The notes under the pieces were generated by a model that had not been told where the DNA came from, searched no databases, and saw nothing but the letters and a program-made list of their open reading frames with translations. The translations under genes and the position numbers were made by a program. A stretch of DNA of 64,000 bases from Paraspadella gotoi (taxonomy: Eukaryota; Animalia; Chaetognatha): contig CM119267.1 of the NCBI GenBank assembly GCA_051294375.1, positions 15,168,105 to 15,232,104 on the forward strand, in the 5' to 3' direction. The number at the start of each line of letters is the position of its first letter. Position 1 is the first letter of the stretch. Below, one piece after another: positions 58,870-64,000 of the stretch.

Positions 58870-60691
58870 AATAAGATAAAGAGATAGACATACATCGATA
58901 CAGTCATAAATAAATAGCAGAAGATTACCCCGCGAGCGAGGAATTTATCTTTTTAACTATAAGATAAGAAAGATTTCAACATTATGAACCCTGCTTATGA
59001 AATACAAAGGAATAAGTAACTTGATATACTAATAGCAGCGTTGTCGAATGGCAAACGGGGTTAAACAGGAATGGAAGACAGGCACAGGGCCGGACCGCGG
59101 CACGCCGTCACGGGGAGAGCGCAGAATGAGTTGGATGGGGGGAGGTGGAGATTTTGATTAAATGGGAGGCCGACTGTCTGTGGATTGCAGAGAGACTATA
59201 GCGAAGGGTGATGAGTGACGAAAGAGGGGTGATGGGAGGGACAGGACGGGAAAGAAGAGCGGGGAGTTTGAAGAAAAGGGAGAGGGGAGGAAGAGAAGGG
59301 AGTGAAGAGAAAGGAGATTGGAGAAGAGAAGAGTATGAGATTATATCGGCATGCAATGATGGGTGGGTAGGCTGGGTCGGCGAGCAACAATTGGGGGCAG
59401 AGAGGGTAGGGGGGGAGAGGATGAAGATAAAGGGGAGAGGGGGGGACTCGATCCAAAGATCGAAAGGATCGACCGCTCGTTGCCTGAATCTCTTCGATCG
59501 GCGGTTGCGAGCCAAACGGACGAAGGATGTGAGAAGGGGGGGGGGAGGAGGAAGATCGCCACATCCCCGATTTTCACACATCAACCGACGGATTAATTTT
59601 AAACTCAACATCAACTATTGGATTAACTTCTCCCTCCGTCTGTATTAAACGCCATTTTTTTTTTAATGTGTAAGCCGCTCATGGATTTTTTTATTTGTTT
59701 ATATTTTTAAACATTTTTTGTCCGAAAAAAATAATCGGGGTTTTTTCTCGAATTTTTATCCTTGACAACGAAATTGGGGAAAAGAAAATCGGGATGATTT
59801 TTTTTTAGGCGAACGGTTGTTGCTTATTGTTCGCTGTTCGACATCGTCAACCCACGTCTCATCTAAACACCCAAAATCCTCCTTATCAGAAGTTACGATT
59901 TTAAAAAGAACACTAAGTCGACATGAATAAAATGAAAAAAAAAATCAGTTTTTCGAACTTGTTGAATAAAACCAACACAATGACGCAGGCACAATAAACT
60001 CTTCACCTTCATTTATGAAAATCAAATAGCGAGCGCGACTTACGTTTTGCTTTTGTGCGCAAAATATGTAAAAATAAAAAAAAAATAAGTATTTGATCTG
60101 TCCATTTTATTGGCGACAATTAAACTGTCGATTGACAGTCGATTCTCTTTTGTACAAATTAGCGACGCGCATTAATTTTCTCTGATTCGCTTGTGTATTT
60201 TTTCACTTTTTTTTTTTACAATTTGCCTCAAGGGGGGAAACAGAGATCCTCGGATCTGCTTGGCCAACAACCGTTCGACAACCTCGCCAACGACGTCGAC
60301 GACGACGATTACGACGACGACGAAGATACGAACAATAAGCGCCTCAGAAAAAATTTTTCTTTAAAATTCAAAGAAAAAAAAACACGAAAGAGTCGTCATG
60401 TGACTAAATCTAGATCGCCCATTTCTCGCTCGGAAAAAAAAAAAACAATATCGCGCTCATAGATTATTATGAGCAACTACAATGACTCAGTGATACAGAA
60501 TCAAGAGGTGAGAATGATTTCTATTAAATTGCGTTTTACGCAATAGCTTCGTAGTTATCCCCTGCTTATGAATGACGCTCTAAAATTAAGATGTTAATTT
60601 TTTTTAAATTAAACAAATTCTAAGGTCATCCAATGGACGACTTTATGATGCATGGTTTATTATCCTGATGATGAAGTTTGTATTGAGCCAT

Positions 60692-60758
<67 letters not shown>

Positions 60759-61215
60759 TCTCTCTCTCTACGTACTAGAAGGAGTCATATATTAGTTGTA
60801 CCAATTTCTCTTGAACAGTAACTATATTTAAAAAGCCAGCAAACTTATCGTTTTGAATATAAAATAGTTGTAAAGAAAATAAGACTAACTTAAAATCCAT
60901 ACCGAAGCCCCGCCCACTTCGAGGCTAGTGACCTTCCTAAAGGAGAAAAGTTTTAAACTAAATTTAATTTGTGAGACTTTTGTGAAATGTTTAAATCCAA
61001 CCGTCCTTCCGATTCGGTTCAATCTCTTTGGCCAAAACCTGGAACGATGCCGATTTTATTTATTCCGTCTCTCTCCCCCTCCCCCCTCCTATTTCTTTCC
61101 TGGATTTATTTTCAACAGGATATTTTTTTAACCGTTAGGGGCTTTTACAAGCTTTTTATTGTTTAAAAAACATTTTATAGCAAAAAAAATTACTTTTTTA
61201 AAAATTTAGTTGATC

Positions 61216-64000
61216 ATGTATCGTCCGACGAGCACCAGTAGCGTTCAGCACACTCTGTACAGACCCGACGCGGGGGTCACCTCCAAGGTGAGCTGGTGTG
61301 GGCTTGATTAGGACAACAACAACAACAGCAACAACAATACAATTACGAAGAAGGCGGTCGTTTTCGGTCTCCGTGTCGTGAACTGCTTTCAGTCAAATTT
61401 TGTTTGAAATTAAAAGGGATGACCGAAACTGGCAGCTCAAACTAAAAGCGAAATTGTTTTTCTTCGATTCCCATTTTCGTTATTTTTAAGAGCAAATGAA
61501 GGGAAAAGAAAAACTTTCATTAACAATGATATAAAAATTCACGTTGACAAAACTGAATATCCGATTAATAGATCGATGACCAACACCGGGTCAAGTTACC
61601 ACAAATTACTGACAATTTTCGTCTCGTCTCGTCCATGAATTCCTTCTAGACGTTTTACACCATCGCGACTTTTAGATTTTTTCTTTTCTTTCGTTCAACA
61701 AAATATCCGTACCCCACACCCCCGTACACCCACTCCGGCCTCTTACCCCTCTCCCCCATCCGTTTAGCCGGCGTCGACGTTTCTGAAGGCCGCCTTGGCC
61801 GGGGAAACCGCGAAAGTCGTCGACCTCATCAAAACGGAACAGGTCGACGTCAACACCACCAACAATGGTCAGTTCATTAAAGCAATGTTTTATCATAAAA
61901 AATTCGAAATTACTTGGCAAACAAAGTTTTTTTAGACTTGAAATATTTACTACATACATAGGGTCTTATTTAGGTTTTTTCTCTTATTCCTCAGGAGGTC
62001 TCACCGCCCTGCATCTGGCCGCTAAAGAGGGTCACCTGGATCTGGCCAAGGAGTTGCTGGACTGCGGAGCCGAAGTCAACGCCAAAACAAAAAAAGGAAA
62101 CTCACCCTTGCACTTGGCCGCCCTTAGGTATGCGAGAATGCTGTGCTGGACTTCGTAAACAGTTAATTATGTTACATACGCTTAAATTGCCTTTTTGGCG
62201 ATGCTCAAATAAATGAAATTGATAAGTAGATTGCTAAATAGAAAAATTGCTGAACAATATACCTATATTAAATTTATGTTCGTAATATAAATATAATGTT
62301 TTTTACATTTGTTTTTATTCAGTGGACGATCAGAATTGGTTGATCTCCTCGTTCAGAAGGACGCCAAGATCAATGCTAGATCAGCATTTGGCTTCACTCC
62401 TCTATACATGGCGGCACAAGAAAATCACCTAGAGGTCAAAATAATTACTTATGACTAGTCTTTTTCAATCATTTGGAAAGGCTGCCTAATAAAGACTTTG
62501 AGGCAAAAAGTTTATTTGAAATTTCGTGAATAAAAGATAAAAATTAGTTCAGCACCGAGCCCCTGGTTAGCCCTGTTATGTATCTTTAAAGGTACTCTCT
62601 CTTTCTCTCGCTTTCTGACTCGTTGTTCTTTGTCATATATTATTCTGTAATGTAAATGTATATTGTCATAAACATTGTCTCCTTTTCCAACGTCGCCATA
62701 CTCTCATATTTAATCTCTTGTGGCGGTATATTCACACCGCCTCACGTCCACCATCTTTCAGCCAAATCCATTGGCTCATAGGGGGAACACACCATCCCAG
62801 GCGTAGTCTTCCATCCACAGTCCTAATGACTTCCCTCTGCGTTGGCAAAGCGAGACCGTCCTAGGGTAACCCCACCAGTGACTGGAGGCGTCACTGAGGG
62901 TCGGAAGCCCCCAAAGCCAACAGTGAGATACCCCATCCCAACGGGCATCACAGGCAACCCGTCTGTTGCCATACTCTCACTCTTCTGACCGTTTGTCTCT
63001 TTTTTTTTCTCTCTTTGTACATTGACACAAAAATCAAATTATAAATTTATTAACATTGTAATAGGTTGTAAAATCCCTCATGAGGAGAGGCGCTAATCAG
63101 ATTTTGGCTACCGATGATGGATATACTCCTCTTGCAGTTGCAATTCAGCAAGGGAATGATGAAGTTGTTCAGGTATGTCGCCGCAGAAAACTGATCCAAT
63201 TTCTTTGATCAAAGAGTCAAAAAGTTTTGTAAATTACAGTGTTTGATTGATTCGGGTTCAAAGAAAAAGGAGCGCCTCCCAGTAATTCATGTTGCAGCAA
63301 GAAGGAATGATGCAAAGGCTGTGGCACTTATTTTGCAGGTTAGAATTAATGTTTTAGTCTTTAAATAAAAATTAAAGAAATAAAAAATAGTTTTACACAA
63401 ATATAGTATTATTTATTAGAGTCGTATTGAATAATAAAGGATAATATGCTATTTCAAAGAAAAAAATTTAATTCACGTATTAATAATCAAACTTACATTT
63501 TTTTCGAAGGCAAAAGAGGATGTTAACTCTGAATCACAGAATCAACGTTGGTCTCCTCTACACTTTGCTTGTCAATATGGAAATTTGGAAACTATGAAAA
63601 TCTTACTAGCATTTGGAGCTGATGTAAACCAGATGGGAAAACAAAATGTTACTCCACTTCATGTAACTTCAAAATTTGGACAAGTAGCAGCAACAAAATT
63701 ACTTCTCCAGCACAATCCACAAATAGATCCACAAACTATAGATGGTCTAACTCCTTTGCACTGTGCTGCAAGAAGTGGTTATACTGAAATTGTGAAACTT
63801 TTAGTGGAGGGAGGGGCTGCTACTGGGGCAAAAAGCAAAAACAAACTACACCCATTACATATGGCCACTCAAGGTTGTCATATTGAGACTATGTATATGT
63901 TATTAAAACTTGGAGCCAAAGTTGATGACACAACCACAGATAATTTAACTTCATTACATGTTGCTTCACATTGTGACTTTTCAAAAGCTGTTCAGACTTT
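61216..64000 (+). CDS. Canonical ankyrin (ANK1/2/3, unc-44 family) N-terminal membrane-binding domain, 3' partial; exons 61216-61287, 61768-61867, 61995-62127, 62323-62434, 63065-63172, 63240-63338, 63510->64000
   Basis: Spliced translation [124 protein letters not shown] follows the ankyrin repeat series in order. Introns are GT-AG and in phase. The first exon is the least certain. Confidence 0.92.
62695..62979. mobile_element. Structured insertion of about 260 bp with a 12-15-bp target-site duplication in ankyrin intron 4 (SINE or truncated LINE-like)
   Basis: GCCATACTCTCA at 62695-62706 and 62968-62979 (14/15 when extended); GC-rich interior within an AT-rich intron; several hairpins. Confidence 0.65.

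Overview
Eukaryotic (most likely invertebrate animal) draft-assembly window: AT-rich, very rich in microsatellites ((AG)n, (AAAG)n, (GAAT)n, (GAC)n, (GGC)n), with short GT-AG introns and several N gaps. Most listed ORFs are microsatellite or gap artefacts. Three spliced genes can be reconstructed by hand with open frames across every junction: (1) a long-form ABCC/MRP1-like ABC transporter (minus, 41186-36082, 5 exons, 1477 aa, with a 3.0-kb first exon); (2) an ankyrin-repeat and SOCS-box (ASB-type) protein (minus, 58280-55313, 9 exons, 423 aa); (3) the 5' part of a canonical ankyrin (plus, 61216 to past the window end). A frameshift-riddled myosin-motor-like trace at about 8.6-15.9 kb is probably low-accuracy sequence or a pseudogene. 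The most unusual object is an LTR-like element at 24841-30802. It is flanked by CGATG on both sides and has a palindromic 534-bp right terminal repeat. It carries mirror-image polypurine tracts inside conserved stem-loops and has no recognisable tRNA primer site. It also has small orphan ORFs on one strand and a train of micro-introns on the other, two of them nested inside opposite-strand introns. Part of that locus appears inverted-duplicated by assembly. A solo-LTR-like insertion, a tRNA-derived SINE-like element, a TSD-flanked structured insertion and two minisatellites are also present. All calls are by eye; no database search was run.
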